Source: Octopus bimaculoides (taxonomy: Eukaryota). Taken from it: a stretch of DNA of 64,000 nt. The DNA lies in the NCBI RefSeq assembly GCF_001194135.2, contig NC_068984.1:126460824-126524823 (forward strand), read 5' to 3'. Both the position numbers and the translations under genes were made by a program. The notes beneath the pieces were generated by a model. The model had not been told where the DNA came from, did no database searches, and was given only the letters and a program-made list of their open reading frames with translations. Position 1 is the first letter of the stretch, and each line of letters starts with the position of its first letter. Below are positions 36,436 through 49,477 of this stretch, in pieces.

Positions 36436-36552
36436 ACCATAATCTAGTTGACATTATTTGATTTTTTAAAGATACTTTTATTTTTGGATGGAATATTGTG
36501 TTTTTTTTCTTTTCCTTTTATGCAAACTGATGAATTTAGCCTGAACACCCTG
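36436..36552 (+). mobile_element. Tc1/mariner (maT-like) 3' terminal fragment
   Basis: accataatctagttga..atgcaaactg..aatttagcctgaacaccctg, the same end as 47120-47237. Confidence 0.75.
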
Positions 36553-36590
36553 TGTTTTTTCTTACCCTTTTCCAAGACATTAGGATATAA

Positions 36591-36936
36591 TCATCATCAT
36601 CATCATCATCATCATCATAGTTTAACGTCCGCTTTCCATGCTAGCATGGGTTGGACGATTTGACTGAGGACTGGTGAACCAGATGGCTACACCAGGCTCC
36701 AATCTGATTTGGCAGAGTTTCTACAGCTGGATGCCCTTCCTAATGCCAACCACTCCGAGAGTGTGGTGGGTGCTTTTACGTGCCACCGGCACGAAGGCCA
36801 GTCAGGCGATACTGGCAATGGCCACGCTCAAAATGGTGTATTTTACGTGCCACCTACACAGGAGCCAGTCCAGTGGCACTGGCAATGATCTCGCTCGAAT
36901 GTCTTTACACATGTCACTGGCACAAGTGCCAGGAAG
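36591..36936 (-). mobile_element. Family D retroposon, young copy
   Basis: (cat)n-tttaacgtccgctttccatgctagcatgggttggacg..; high identity with 53171-53724 and 54495-54580. Confidence 0.85.
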
Positions 36937-36981
36937 AGAAATTTGGCTGCTATTGTCAGCATGTAGAGCAACCACATAAAG

Positions 36982-37217
36982 CACTGGTTTTTAACTATTT
37001 TTTACTTATGGATCCCTTTCATTCCTATCTTACTTGATGTTTAAAAAAATCCCATTATATTTTTAGAATTAAATATTATTAGGAATTGTATAAAAAATTT
37101 GTTAAAATATTTTGTGTATTGTAAAAGTGTTATCACCAATTTATTGCTCATAAATTTTAACGACAAAATCTTACGTGGGCCTTCAAGGGTCATATGAACC
37201 CTTGTTAAGAAACACTA
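36982..37217. mobile_element. hAT (Charlie-like) MITE
   Basis: cactggtttttaac ... gttaagaaacacta; flanking 8-mers acataaag / acttagag. Confidence 0.6.
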
Positions 37218-37588
37218 ACTTAGAGGATTCCTCATTGGTTTGTAATCGTTGTTGATGTAACAACTGCTGCTGCTGCTGTTGCTGCTTTTCCTATTGTCAC
37301 TGATGTGGAAACTTTTGTTGTAACTGATGTGATTTTTTCTTGTTGCTATGATGGTTTTTAGCTATAATTGTTGTGGTTATTTTTGTTGTTGTTGTTGTTG
37401 TTTGCTATGGTTCCTGTTATTTATTTGTTGTCCTTTATTGTAGCTGTTGTTGTATGAGAGAAAAATGGTCTGACAAGAGAGTGATGTTACATATGACCTT
37501 TAGATAATGAAAGGTCAAAGTGTCAAGATTTTTTTTTTTTTGGCAACAGAAGTAAACAGTAGTAGCCAAAAAAAACTGATTCAGGTTG

Positions 37589-37651
<63 letters not shown>

Positions 37652-37916
37652 ACATTTAGGAGTTGAATGCAGTACAGAAATATGGAGTGTGATGTATTTA
37701 GTTGTGTTATCGTTTACTCATCCCTCCTGTTCCCAGGTAAACATTGACTGAGCTCTTAAGATCAAAAGCTTTCCAGCCATGACTGCCCCATTTTTTTTCT
37801 TTTCATACATGTTGGGAACCTAGAACATTATCAATAGGTTCTTTTCTAGGATAGGAGGATTTGATTTTGAGAGATATTTGGCTGCTATTTCTAGCAAATC
37901 GAACAACCATATAAAG

Positions 37917-38051
37917 CAGGCATGGGCAACCTTTATTGAGAACTGGGTTGCATGCTGCACTACTAAAGAAATTCAAGGTAATTTTTCTTTGATAGGCATG
38001 CCATTCAGAAAGTTCTGTGGACCACATGCTGCCACAGTTTGCCCATGACTG
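37917..38051. mobile_element. hAT MITE, 135 bp
   Basis: TIRs caggcatgggcaac / tttgcccatgactg; 8-bp TSD atataaag / ctataaag. Confidence 0.8.
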
Positions 38052-38611
38052 CTATAAAGGCTTCCTTATAAGCTCAAATGTATATATAGGTATGTTAATG
38101 GTGTAAATATTAAGTGTTTGTAAGTATCATAGATTGTGGTTGGTTTGTGTGGGAGTGTAGTTATGGAGATGTGCATGTATGTGAGTGGTATAACTATTGA
38201 TGTGTGGTAGGGAAATTTAGTGATGTATGTAAGGACAAACACATACAAATCAATTCTGTATAAGAATGTACTTCTATGGGGTTATAAACCATGGAGAAAA
38301 CATATAGGATGAGCAACCAAAAGTTAATGATTTCAACCTAGTAGTACCCAATCAGCTTTGGTTTAGTCAGATTTATACATGTGGGTTTGGTAATCAGTGA
38401 ATGAGATAAATTACTTTACAAATCTTACTGCATATGAATGAATTAATTCTAAAGAGGAAACATGTGTAAAATATATGTAGCTTTTCTCTGAAACAATGTT
38501 GGTGTTATGATTTATAGAAAGAACATTTTTAATCTGACAAAGAATTGCAATTTCATCTAAGTGGGGTCACATAAGCCTTTAAATAGTCAGCTTCCCCCAT
38601 TCTCTCTCTCC

Positions 38612-38701
<90 letters not shown>

Positions 38702-38959
38702 ATGTTTGTTTTTATGGTCACTTATGATAAAAGTAATTTTACATTAGTCTGAAGGGTTACTCTATACTTTTGTAGAGTACAAATTTATTATTCTTGACAG
38801 TGGCTTAGCTGGCCAAAACTTCGAAGTCACTGTCAATAATATACTTATTTAAGAATATATATATATAATATTTTGGACTAATAAGTATAGGTATATAACT
38901 GAAGTGGACAAATAATGACATGACTGCCCAAACTCAGAATCTTTGGCGAGACACCACTT

Positions 38960-39297
38960 TATCTTGGGTTTCAGCTGCACAAGATCTTGATTGTGTTGAG
39001 AATGATGAAAACCTTTTGAAAACTTTGCATAGGCCTCTGAACAAGTATCGCCAAGCTTTTGGCAAACTTTGATGCAGATGCTCTGCTCAGCTTCCTCTGT
39101 CATGGTCAATGCAATGATCACACATTACACACCTTCCTTCCAAGCACTGCTGTAAACAGCGGAAGTGAGCTAGAATGTTAAAACTAAGTGCACAATCACA
39201 GCAGTATTGAAGGTCAATCTGTGCCAAGCAGCTTCACTCTTCATGCTTTAGCTTCGTCACTATGGCAACAGTCTAGATATTTATTGATCAGACCATG
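38960..39297 (-). mobile_element. Mariner 5' fragment (TIR plus transposase N-terminus)
   Basis: TA-CATGGTCTGATCAATAAATATCTAGACT TIR; MTEEAEQSICIKVCQKLGDTCSEAYAK resembles the mariner EQRxxIKFCxKLG start. Confidence 0.8.
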
Positions 39298-39653
39298 TAT
39301 ATATGTTTTCAAAAAGATTTTCCAAAATCAAAAGTAATCAATTATATTAAAAAAATCTTCAAAAAACAGTTTTGTGAAGTTGTAAATTGTGAAAGCACTT
39401 AATACAAAAACTTCCTTCAAAAAACTTGTGTCATTCTATAATTAATAATTTTTAATTTAAGAAAATCATTCCATATATATTACTTCAAATCCAGTGTATA
39501 ACTGGCACTTATTTCATCAACTCTGATGGGATGAAAGGCGAAGTCAACTTCAGCAGAATCTGAACTCAGAATGTAAAGACAGACAAAATGCTTAGTGGCA
39601 TTGTGTCTGGTGTGTTAATGATTCTGCTAGATCACTGTCTTAATAATAATAAT

Positions 39654-39970
39654 GAGAAACTTTCAAAATACAAAGGCCTGGAAACAGAGGTAACTCGAAT
39701 GTGGAATCTAAAAACAGAAACAATTCCTATTATAGTAGGCACCTTAGGTATAATAAAAAAAATATTCAGACAAATACATAACAAAAACACCAGGACTTAC
39801 AAATATATATAACATACAGAAAATTGCACTACTGGGCACTGCACACATCCTATGCAAAACACTTTCAATACAGTAACCATAAGAGCATCACAGCAAACCA
39901 CAGCACATATCCAAGGCACACAGAGCTGTGCTTGGTAGTGAAGTGAAAGCACGCTATAAAAATAAAACTA

Positions 39971-39973
<3 letters not shown>
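39654..39973 (+). mobile_element. 5'-truncated R4/Dong-like non-LTR element (restriction-like endonuclease (RLE) C-terminus plus 3' UTR) in (TAA)n
   Basis: EKLSKYKGLETEVTRMWNLKTETIPIIVGTLGII..IQKIALLGTAHIL; (TAA)n on both sides (39640-39653, 39974-40031). Confidence 0.82.
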
Positions 39974-40031
<58 letters not shown>

Positions 40032-41238
40032 GCAAGAGCACTCAGAGAGTGCAAACCTCTGCCAAGGCAATACCAACGTCTTCTCAATGATTAGCCAAAG
40101 ATGATTTTTAAAATGAGAATATCTGAAATAAGCTCAGCTGCTCTCACAAACAAGAATACTAAAAATGAACCTGACCACTCTCAGAAATTAAATAAAAAAT
40201 CCGGAAAAATAATCCAGAATCTTTGTTTGGTACCTGATTGATCCCAATGGTAGTCATGGAATGTGAAGGTAGCTGTAGAAAATTTAGTTTATCCTTATCT
40301 AATATTAAGCCAAAGTTAACAAATTCCCCACTCAAAATAGTTTCAAAGACATAGGTAATAATAATAAGTTCTACTCATGAATTGACTTAGCTCCTCCCAC
40401 AAACTTGCTGGTTTTGTACCAAACAAAATTTGAAACCAATATTAGAAGTGGTGCAATAAAGCAGCAAGCTGGTAGAATTGTTAGCACACCAGACAAAATG
40501 CTTAAAAGCATTTCATCCATCTATACATTCTAAGATCAAATTCTTCCAAGGTTGATTTTGCCTTTCATCGAAGAAATTAGTTTCATTTGATGTAATCAAC
40601 TAGCTTGCAGGCCTTGTGCCTATAGTAGGAAGAAATATTAAAAGTACTAGTAGCATTAATATTTATAATAGTAATTAGTCATAAATACAAAGTGGTATTG
40701 ATGGCAATGCAATGTAGGACTTGTGGTTGTCAAACCAAGTGCCAATCGTACATAGTTGCCAATGTCAGTATTTTTGTAGCATTTGACAGTAGTGTCCTCC
40801 TTACGGTTTGCTAAAACCATTGGTGGTATGTCCATACCAATGATATTGATGTGCAAATCAGATTAGCTATAAACACAACTTCAGTTTTCTCAAGCTTTGG
40901 AATGGAAAACATAAGAACCTCTGAGAAGAAATATTTACTGTAAGGCAGTGAAGGTGGTGCTGGTTGGGTTTGCTGTTGGTGGCAGTGGTGATGGTGGTGA
41001 TGGTAGGTGGATTAAACTAATCCATCTTTAGAATACTATACAATGAGATGTTCATAGAAATTGGTCTATCCAGAACAAGATAATCCAAATGTATTGTAAG
41101 AATATGGATCCAAGATATTACTGTGTCAGTCTTATTTTTAAATTTCTACTGCAACATTGGCTCTAATCAATCTTCCTTGTCTTTCTGTTTCTCTGTCTCT
41201 TTCTTTCTTCCTTCTTTTTCTCTCTTCCTCTCTCACAC

Positions 41239-41292
<54 letters not shown>

Positions 41293-41452
41293 TTATACAC
41301 ACATACAAGGTTTGTCTGTTAGTTCTTGTTTTATATATATATATTTAATAATAATATTAGGGATAAAAATCCAAAATTACAGGTAAAAACTCATTAATTT
41401 ATATAGTTTTCCTTAAAACTATATATTTATATATATATATATATTTATATAT

Positions 41453-41492
<40 letters not shown>

Positions 41493-41666
41493 CTTCTTTC
41501 ATTCTTTTACTTGTTTCAGTGACTGGAATGCAACCATGCTAGAGTACCACCTTGAAAGCTGTTAGTTGATCAAGTCAACCCCAGTTCTTATTTCAAGTTA
41601 GCCTTGATACAGCAGAACTATATTCAATGACATTCAAATTCTAGCATATCACTTTATCACCGAGAA

Positions 41667-41996
41667 CAAGGCTTCTCAACCATTTTTTATCTATGGACCC
41701 CTTTGATTACTATTTTATTCTGGTGGTCCCCCTTCACCATTTGATGTTTAAAAACTAGTTTTTCAGAAACTGCTATCAAAATTTCTATTTTAATTTTCAC
41801 ACGTCAACTTGGGTGTGTTGAACTATGTGAAATGTTAGAGAAAGAAACCTAGCTGTTTCTTGCAATACATACCAATATATACATCTAAAGCAAAATTCTT
41901 TCAGGAGCCCTTAAAATACTATTGGGGATCCCAAATTTACCATTTTGTTCCATAGACCCCCAAAAATCTTATATGGACCCCAGATGAGAACCACTG
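41667..41996. mobile_element. hAT (Charlie-like) non-autonomous element 1
   Basis: caaggcttctcaacc ... gatgagaaccactg; internal similarity to 36982-37217. Confidence 0.7.
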
Positions 41997-42004
41997 ATCT
42001 CGAG

Positions 42005-42749
42005 CAAGGCTTCTCAAACTTTTTACTTTATATACCTCTTGTAACAAAATTTAATTTCTATTCAATCCCAAACAAATTGATTGAATATTGAATTACAAAA
42101 CATACCTAATTTACCAGTATTTAATACAATTTGCCTGAGAAAAGAATCAGTGAACAGTAAGTGCAAATATACCTTTAACCCTTTAGCATTTAAACAGGCC
42201 ATATTCAGCCCAAGTATTTAATCAGTTTTATGTTCAAGCTGGCCTGATGTGGCCTCTCATACCTATGCTACAATGTAATTCTAAAAATAAACACATCAGT
42301 AAAATCTCAAAGCTGTGAGATGAGGTATAATGAATTTGATACCATGTGAATAAATAAGCATTACAGTTAACAGATTAATCTGAACACTAAAGGATTAATG
42401 ATTGAAATATTTGTTAATGGGAAAGTTAAATGGGCACAGAGAAGATTGTGAATATTAGGTTGCAGGTTTTTAGGTTTGAACTGCATATCACTTGCATTCT
42501 ATTTTCAAAGTGCTTCTTTACTTGCTTAGTAAATTATGCATGTGGCTAAATCCAAATTCTGTCTTATATGAAATTGGAAAAGCTAGTAAAATGGGCTCAG
42601 CAGTTGCACAAGGCTTGGGATATTTTGCTTGGAAAATTCACCTTGTGGAACCCCAGGGTTTTATATCCCTATCAAACTTCTATTCACCCCAACCTGCCTC
42701 CACCAGGGTCATTGATGTTTTGGTATATGGTTCATTTTGAGAAACCTTG
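42005..42749. mobile_element. hAT (Charlie-like) non-autonomous element 2
   Basis: TIRs caaggcttctcaaa / tttgagaaaccttg; TSD atctcgag (41997-42004) / atctagag (42750-42757). Confidence 0.8.
42179..42394. mobile_element. piggyBac-like MITE family 1, nested in hAT element 2
   Basis: TTAA-CCCTTTAGCATTTAAAC ... CACTAAAGGA-TTAA; reverse-complement homolog of 3291-3492. Confidence 0.8.
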
Positions 42750-43199
42750 ATCTAGAGTAGAGGCTCCTTCTTTCCCTTATGGCAGTATATCAGTCTCATA
42801 AGGCCATAGATCTTTATCTGGAGAATTTTAAGTTTTTATTGATAGAGCAACACCGCTTATGGCTTTAGAGGCTCACACAACATTGATAATCTTGGCCAGA
42901 GTGTTCACTTGTGAAAGCACTGTTTGCCATTGTAATGCTTAAACTGTAATGTTATATTTGGTGATGGATATGCTAGAACTGGAATGTCTTTGATTACAGT
43001 ACAACTGCTTCAAGGCTAACTTTAAATAAGTACTGGGGTTGATATGATTAACTAATAGCCTTCAAGGCAGTGTCCCAGCATGGTCACATTTCAGCAATTG
43101 AAACAAGTAATGAAATAAGTATATATATCAATGTACAAAGAAAGTTAAGTAGATAGAGTCTTTAGTATACTTTTTTTCAGCAGCAAGCTGCAATCTTAG

Positions 43200-43920
43200 T
43201 CACTTTTGAAACCTCTTCCTAGTTCCTCTGTGTTATATCATCATGGTGTTTTGTTGGGTTACTGAGTTCAATGTCTCCCTTGTGTCCAAAACTTATGTAC
43301 CCAAGAACAGGGAGTTGAATTTATTTCAGGATTATCTGTTTCAAAGGATGCCAGAATGGATCTGATTTTGGTGCCTTAGTTGGACAACTACAACTATACA
43401 TCTAAATAAGCAGTATAAATTGTTTGTGTTGTTCTAAGTTAAATTTCTTCTCAATATTTCCAGAATTAATCTTTTTAGATTATTGACAAAGAAACTGCAC
43501 ATTTTTGTTGGTCTATTTCAACGGATGCCAGAGTAGATCTGATTTTGGTGCCTAAGTTGGACAACTATGACTACACATCTAAACAAACGGCATAAATTGT
43601 TTGTGCTGATCTAAGTTAAATTTTTTTTTCAATATTTCCAGAATTAATCTTTTAAGATTATTGACAGAGAAACTACTCATTTCTGTTGGAATATTGCCAA
43701 GTTTCTCAGTGAAATTCTTTCCTGAAATTGTATAGATGAGTTGAACAATGGCCAAGAATGTACATCTGTAACCATTTCTGCCTGTTTTTCTGAAAGTTGG
43801 CAGTAAATGTTTTGATAGGAAGCAAAGAAAGAGTGACTTGATCCTTATTACAGGCTTCATGCTCACTGCAAGAACATCTGTGAAAGTAACCAGAAGTACT
43901 AGAAAAATAATAGATTTAAT
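43200..43920 (-). mobile_element. Decayed Penelope-like ORF remnant with a 177-bp tandem duplication
   Basis: Frameshifted minus-strand SHSC(L)PNLGTKIRS resembles the PLE SYSCMPN motif; direct repeat starts at 43339 and 43516. Confidence 0.5.
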
Positions 43921-44043
43921 AATGTAATAGCGTTGTATGATTTGTTTGTGGGCAGAGAAAAGGTGCTAATAATACAATAGATCACATGATATTTAGGACA
44001 TTTTAAAGGCGGAATAGAATCAGTAACAACGAAAACAATAATA

Positions 44044-44076
<33 letters not shown>

Positions 44077-45497
44077 TGCTAATGCAATATTTAGTATCTG
44101 TTGAAGAGCAGAGTTGAGGCTCTATTAATAAAACAGGTAATACAATATCTAAGATCTGTTAGAGGGTACAAGTTAGGAGCCCTAATGGTTGTAGTAAGTC
44201 ATATGGGATTCAGGATATGTTTCTAAGAGTGACTGAGGTTAATGGGTAGTGATGATTGCAGTACGGTAAAGAGAAAATAAATAAATGCAGAATACACTGA
44301 AAGAAATGGTAGTGGTAGTGTTGGTGGTGTATCTATCTATATAAAGTACTATTTCTTATAGATCAAAATGGGTAGTAGCTGTAGTGGCAGTGACAGTGGT
44401 GGTGGTAGTGGCAGCAGTAGTGGTGTGGAGTGGGGGTGGTATTGCACACTGGTATATTTGGAAATGGTGCCTGTCATTCTATGATAATCTTTGTAGTCTT
44501 GGCAGCAACAGTGAAGCTGTTCTCTTTTGTCATTTTTTTTTCCTACTACAGATAATGTATTTTCTTTGGGGAAATTTTTTAAATATTTTTTTTCTTACAT
44601 ATGTTCTCAAAAACTGATGTCTTAGAACAATTGTCTAGAGATGCTAATGCAATATTCATCTCTTTCTTTTTTCTCTCTTTCTGTCACACATTATGTTCAT
44701 TTTTTTTCTCTCTTCCTCCCTCTCTCTCTTTGTATAAATACTTATATACATATATGTGAGAGTTTATATATGTACATCAGGATTTAAATGTGTAGGTGTG
44801 TATACGTATGTATGTATTTAGCGTGATTCAGAAGTCCCTTTAGCATTTAAATGATATAATAAAATTATTATTCTATATTTTGTTACAATTATATTTTTTA
44901 TATAATCTTTTGCTTTTTTATTGCGAATTCAAAAAACACATATGCACACTGGCTCACACAGATATGTCAGAAACATGTCACTATCAAAGAACAATATTCA
45001 TCGTCCTAAAAAATGACACAATATATTGGTGACCCTGTTCCATCATCTGTGAATACTATGAGCAACTGCCTGTAATGATCTGGGTGCCTGATAGTATGAA
45101 TAGATGGGTAGCAAACCTGTTGTCCTGAAATCCCTGGGTCATGGTCATCACTGGCAGAAGTGAGGTTAGGGTTAGTTAATGGGCAGTTAATGAACTTCTA
45201 TGTCTGTAGTTAATGAGCAGTTAATGAACTTCTATGTCTGTATTTGGATTTACATCTATTTCTTTATATTGGTTTTAACAATTAATCTTTGGCCATGCTA
45301 GAGTATACTACTTATAAATGTTTTCAGTAATTCATTTTGGTCTGGTACTTACTTCTATTGATTCCTATTTGTCGAACTGCTATATTGTGTGACACAATTA
45401 ACTCCACTGATTTTATTTTGACATCTATAAATCTATAAATGTAAATATGGATATATACAGATGCCCAAGTGTCTGTGTGTGTGTGTGTGCATACACA

Positions 45498-45544
<47 letters not shown>

Positions 45545-46101
45545 NNNNNNNNNNNNNNNNNNNNNNNNNNNNNNNNNNNNNNNNNNNNNNNNNNNNNNNN
45601 NNNNNNNNNNNNNNNNNNNNNNNNNNNNNNNNNNNNNNNNNNNNNNNNNNNNNNNNNNNNNNNNNNNNNNNNNNNNNNNNNNNNNNNNNNNNNNNNNNNN
45701 NNNNNNNNNNNNNNNNNNNNNNNNNNNNNNNNNNNNNNNNNNNNNNNNNNNNNNNNNNNNNNNNNNNNNNNNNNNNNNNNNNNNNNNNNNNNNNNNNNNN
45801 NNNNNNNNNNNNNNNNNNNNNNNNNNNNNNNNNNNNNNNNNNNNNNNNNNNNNNNNNNNNNNNNNNNNNNNNNNNNNNNNNNNNNNNNNNNNNNNNNNNN
45901 NNNNNNNNNNNNNNNNNNNNNNNNNNNNNNNNNNNNNNNNNNNNNNNNNNNNNNNNNNNNNNNNNNNNNNNNNNNNNNNNNNNNNNNNNNNNNNNNNNNN
46001 NNNNNNNNNNNNNNNNNNNNNNNNNNNNNNNNNNNNNNNNNNNNNNNNNNNNNNNNNNNNNNNNNNNNNNNNNNNTATATATATATATATATATATATAT
46101 A

Positions 46102-46290
46102 CAGGGTGCAATAAATAAACTGTCGTCTAAAGTACTCAAAATTGAAAATAACACGGATGTCTCATTTTTAACAGTATCTTGAAACACTAAAGAGTAAATA
46201 TATTCAATAAAATCACCATTGGCTTTAACCACAACCTTCAGATGACTTTGGAATCTCCCACAACTTTTCTGGATAGTCTCCTTGTTTAAG
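46102..46290 (-). mobile_element. maT/DD37D-like Tc1/mariner 3' fragment
   Basis: NLNKETIQKSCGRFQSHLKVVVKANGDFIE C-terminus; terminal TA-CAGGGTG. Confidence 0.78.
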
Positions 46291-46322
<32 letters not shown>

Positions 46323-46739
46323 TGACCAGTTTCTGTGCATTCATTTTTACAGATGTTTTTCAATGCATGCCTAGATGAGACAAATATGCTATTGAGGTAT
46401 CGTTTTGCAACCAGATGCCATTCCTATCACCAAACCCTACTTGTTTTCATGTAAGGAATCTCTTGATCTCTTATTTCACATCACTTCAAAGGCACAAAGA
46501 TTTGGATCATTTGTTAACAAAAGAACTGACAACAACAACACAACTCATACTTTGAAACTTTCACATATACAATCATCATCATCATAATTTAATGTTCATT
46601 TTTGATGCTGATAAGGGTTGGACAAATGTGATGTGTACAAACACACAGACAGACACACAAACACATATGCTGATTGTATGCACATGCCAGAATTGATCTT
46701 TGAACAAGGCCTTGAGCTCAATTCAGGTTGCGATATGAA

Positions 46740-47237
46740 ACTGTTGGAGACTATAGTCAATCACTAGCTAGAAAGTGTTGCTGCTGGAAGGCCATGTGTG
46801 TAGCAGCAGTATTAGGCTCCTTGCCATACCTCCAGAAAGAGTCAGAAGTGATTGTCAGAGAATTTTGATGACTTCGCTAGCCCCAATACCTGACCTCCTA
46901 ATTCCTCAGATTCTAATCCCATAGATTACTCTGTGTGGAACACATTTGGGAAAGAGACAAACTGCATTGCCTGCAACACCAAGGCCAAGCTGATGGCCAA
47001 GATCAAAGAGACATTCAAAGATCTTCCCAGGAACACTACGAGGAATGCATGTACCAAGTTCCAAAGCCATGTTGAATCCATGAGGAAAATTAAAGGCAGC
47101 TACTTTGAGTAAAGTGTTATCACCTAGCCATAATCTAGTTGATATTTTTGATTAAAAAAAAAAAAACTTTATTTTTGGATGAGCTATTGTTTTCTTTTCC
47201 TTTTATGCAAACTGTCAAATTTAGCCTGAACACCCTG
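46740..47237 (+). mobile_element. maT/DD37D-like Tc1/mariner transposase 3' half plus TIR
   Basis: Decayed AAGRP..APCHTSRKSQK..PPNSSDSNPIDYSVW..CNTKAKLMAKIKETF..G.YFE*; ends CACCCTG-TA. Confidence 0.88.
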
Positions 47238-48299
47238 TATATATATACCTTGACCTTTTTTTTCTTTTTGCTGCAGAGAAGGCCACTAGGTGGCTTTGTA
47301 TAAAGAGGTTAGATCAGTAATTTGCTCCTACTGGGATGCAAGCTGGGACTTTAGTAACTCCAGCTGGTTCAACTGGATAAAGGGGCCAGATGTTGAAAGA
47401 CCTGAAACTCCTTGGGACCCCAAAAATATTACTGATGAGGCATACTAGAGGATCTGTGAGCTGAGCTGTATCTTAAAAACTATCAAGTATGTGCTTATTT
47501 TGCGTAATGGTTAATCCAGCACTAGAACTACCATACTGTAAGACCACTTTGAGAGTGATAGACTATTAGTTCTTGTCAGAAGCTCTATCTAAGAGAAGGC
47601 TAATTAGGGCTCCATAGCCATAGTGGGGTGACCTATCAGCAGTGCTTTACTGCCTTGTGGGTGAATCCAGGAAGACAATGTTTAGGAGAGTACACTCTGA
47701 AAGGAAAAAAAAACTCTATGGCAGTCAGATCTAGATGGCTTCCTATAGACTGGATTTCCTGCAGCTGGGAGGAGGTATGTATTTTCTTGGATCATCCTTA
47801 CCATTAGACCTATCTCCTTCACAATGAAGGTAGTAATACTGGAATCCACTCCTCCAACACCACTACAAAGCTTCATTGCACAGGCATCTTCTCTTACAAT
47901 GTGGAAAACATATCTTGAATCTCAAGATTGGTCATTGTCATTGATTACTAGCTGCTGTGGCTTCTAAATGAGAAGTGTAGATAATATCAGGAATCAAGAA
48001 TTTCTCTGAAACTAACCTGCCATTAAAGAACAGACAGTCTAATTGTCTGAAATCAAGAGGACAGTTGTGGATTAGTGTTTTTATCTCTAATCAGCAGTTC
48101 TCCTAAGCTGAGTTCAGCAGACAAAATACTTAGTTGTATACAAAAAAAGAGTAGTAAACATTCATGAATTTTTGCCTATTTCAAGTAAAAATTAAGTTAA
48201 AGAAATAATAACTTAGAGTGGCTAGTGGAATGCATATGTACAAAGATGAATATAGGCACTCAAAAACTATGCAAGATAAATTCTTGATTTTTTTGTAAT

Positions 48300-48640
48300 G
48301 GTCTTCACTTGCAATCAAGTGGTTTCAGGTTCAATTCCACCATGTAGCATTTTGGGCGTCTTCTACTGCAACCCCTGGCCAACCATGTCTTGAAAGTGGA
48401 TTTGGTAGATAGAAAATGTATAGAAGTTTATGTGTGTGTGTTTATCTCCCCTATTCACTGCTGGATATCCAGTGCTGGTTTGTTTACATCCCTGTAACTT
48501 AGCAGTTCAGAAAAATATGGCTGATAGAATAAGTACCAAACTTAAAAGTAGGTACTGAGTCAATATGGCTAAACATTTGAAGGTAGTGTCACAGCATGGC
48601 TGCAGTCCAATGACTGAAACAAACCAAAGCTAAAAGATAA
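48300..48640 (+). mobile_element. SINE family A
   Basis: ..gtggtttcaggttcaattccaccatg.. through gcagtccaatgactgaaacaaacc. Confidence 0.78.
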
Positions 48641-48849
48641 AGAGAAATGTTTTAGAAAAAGGGAGACAATCTCAAGAACTAAGACACTTACCTAAACCCA
48701 CGTGCTTTTAGATTAAACCCTTAATCACCTGACAGCAAAAGAAACTTCTTGACCATTGTGTTAAGTACAGCCATACCAGAACTTAATCCAATCCTTTTGC
48801 CTTCTGAAAATTTCTGCTTTTCTTTGTGTTACTAAATAAAATAGTTTCA

Positions 48850-49040
48850 AATTTTGGCACAAGGCCAGCAAGTTTCAGAAGGTGGGTAAGTGCATTACCT
48901 CAATGCCAGTGTGCAGTTGGTACTTATTTTATTGATCCTGAAGGAATGAAAGGCAAAGTCTACCTCAGCAGAATTTAAACTCAGAACATACAGACAGATA
49001 AAATGTTGTCAAGCATTTTGCCCTGGGGTAGTTATAATTC
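48850..49040 (-). mobile_element. SINE family C
   Basis: ttttggcacaaggcc..ggtacttattttattgatcctgaaggaatgaaaggcaaagtc..ctgtcagcttgctgcc; further C copies at 4560-4730, 12065-12230, 28520-28690, 39495-39640, 40455-40640, 51610-51960, 52478-52712 and 53735-53900. Confidence 0.78.
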
Positions 49041-49431
49041 TGTCAGCTTGCTGCCTTTTGTACTAAATAAAATAATGCAAGAGACCCCAAAAAACAACAC
49101 ACATTTCCTTTAATGCTCAACCCTTTTCCCTCTCTCCCTCTTGCAATTTAACATTTTGCATCCAACAAACATCATCTTCAGTCACAAGGAATCACCTCAA
49201 AGTTCAGTCTAATGGAAATCTTTAAGCCATTGCAAAGACAGTACAGTCAATTTCTAGTTTAAACCTTACCATTGATCAGATTCAGAATGCTAGTCTGTCT
49301 GTCTGTTTGTCTCTGCCACCATCTTGGCACCAGAATAATATATCACCTTTATGATGTTCTTCAAGTTGTCTCTTTGATTTTTCTTTACAAATCTATTTGC
49401 ACTATACATACAGTTATATAGGTGTATGTGT

Positions 49432-49477
<46 letters not shown>

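Noticed and set aside
37715-37742. Plus-strand ccctcctgttcccAG|GTAAAC ratchet-like site
   Set aside because: Donor lacks +5 G, the pyrimidine tract is short, and it is on the opposite strand to the stronger 9777 site.
47300-48100. Higher-complexity stretch that might be a retroelement or exon
   Set aside because: No sustained ORF or motif I can assign; left unclassified.
48686-48745. Minus-strand 37-nt exon-like segment (48692-48728) with acceptor and GTAAGT donor
   Set aside because: Stops in all three frames and only a moderate acceptor; cannot be distinguished from chance without RNA data.
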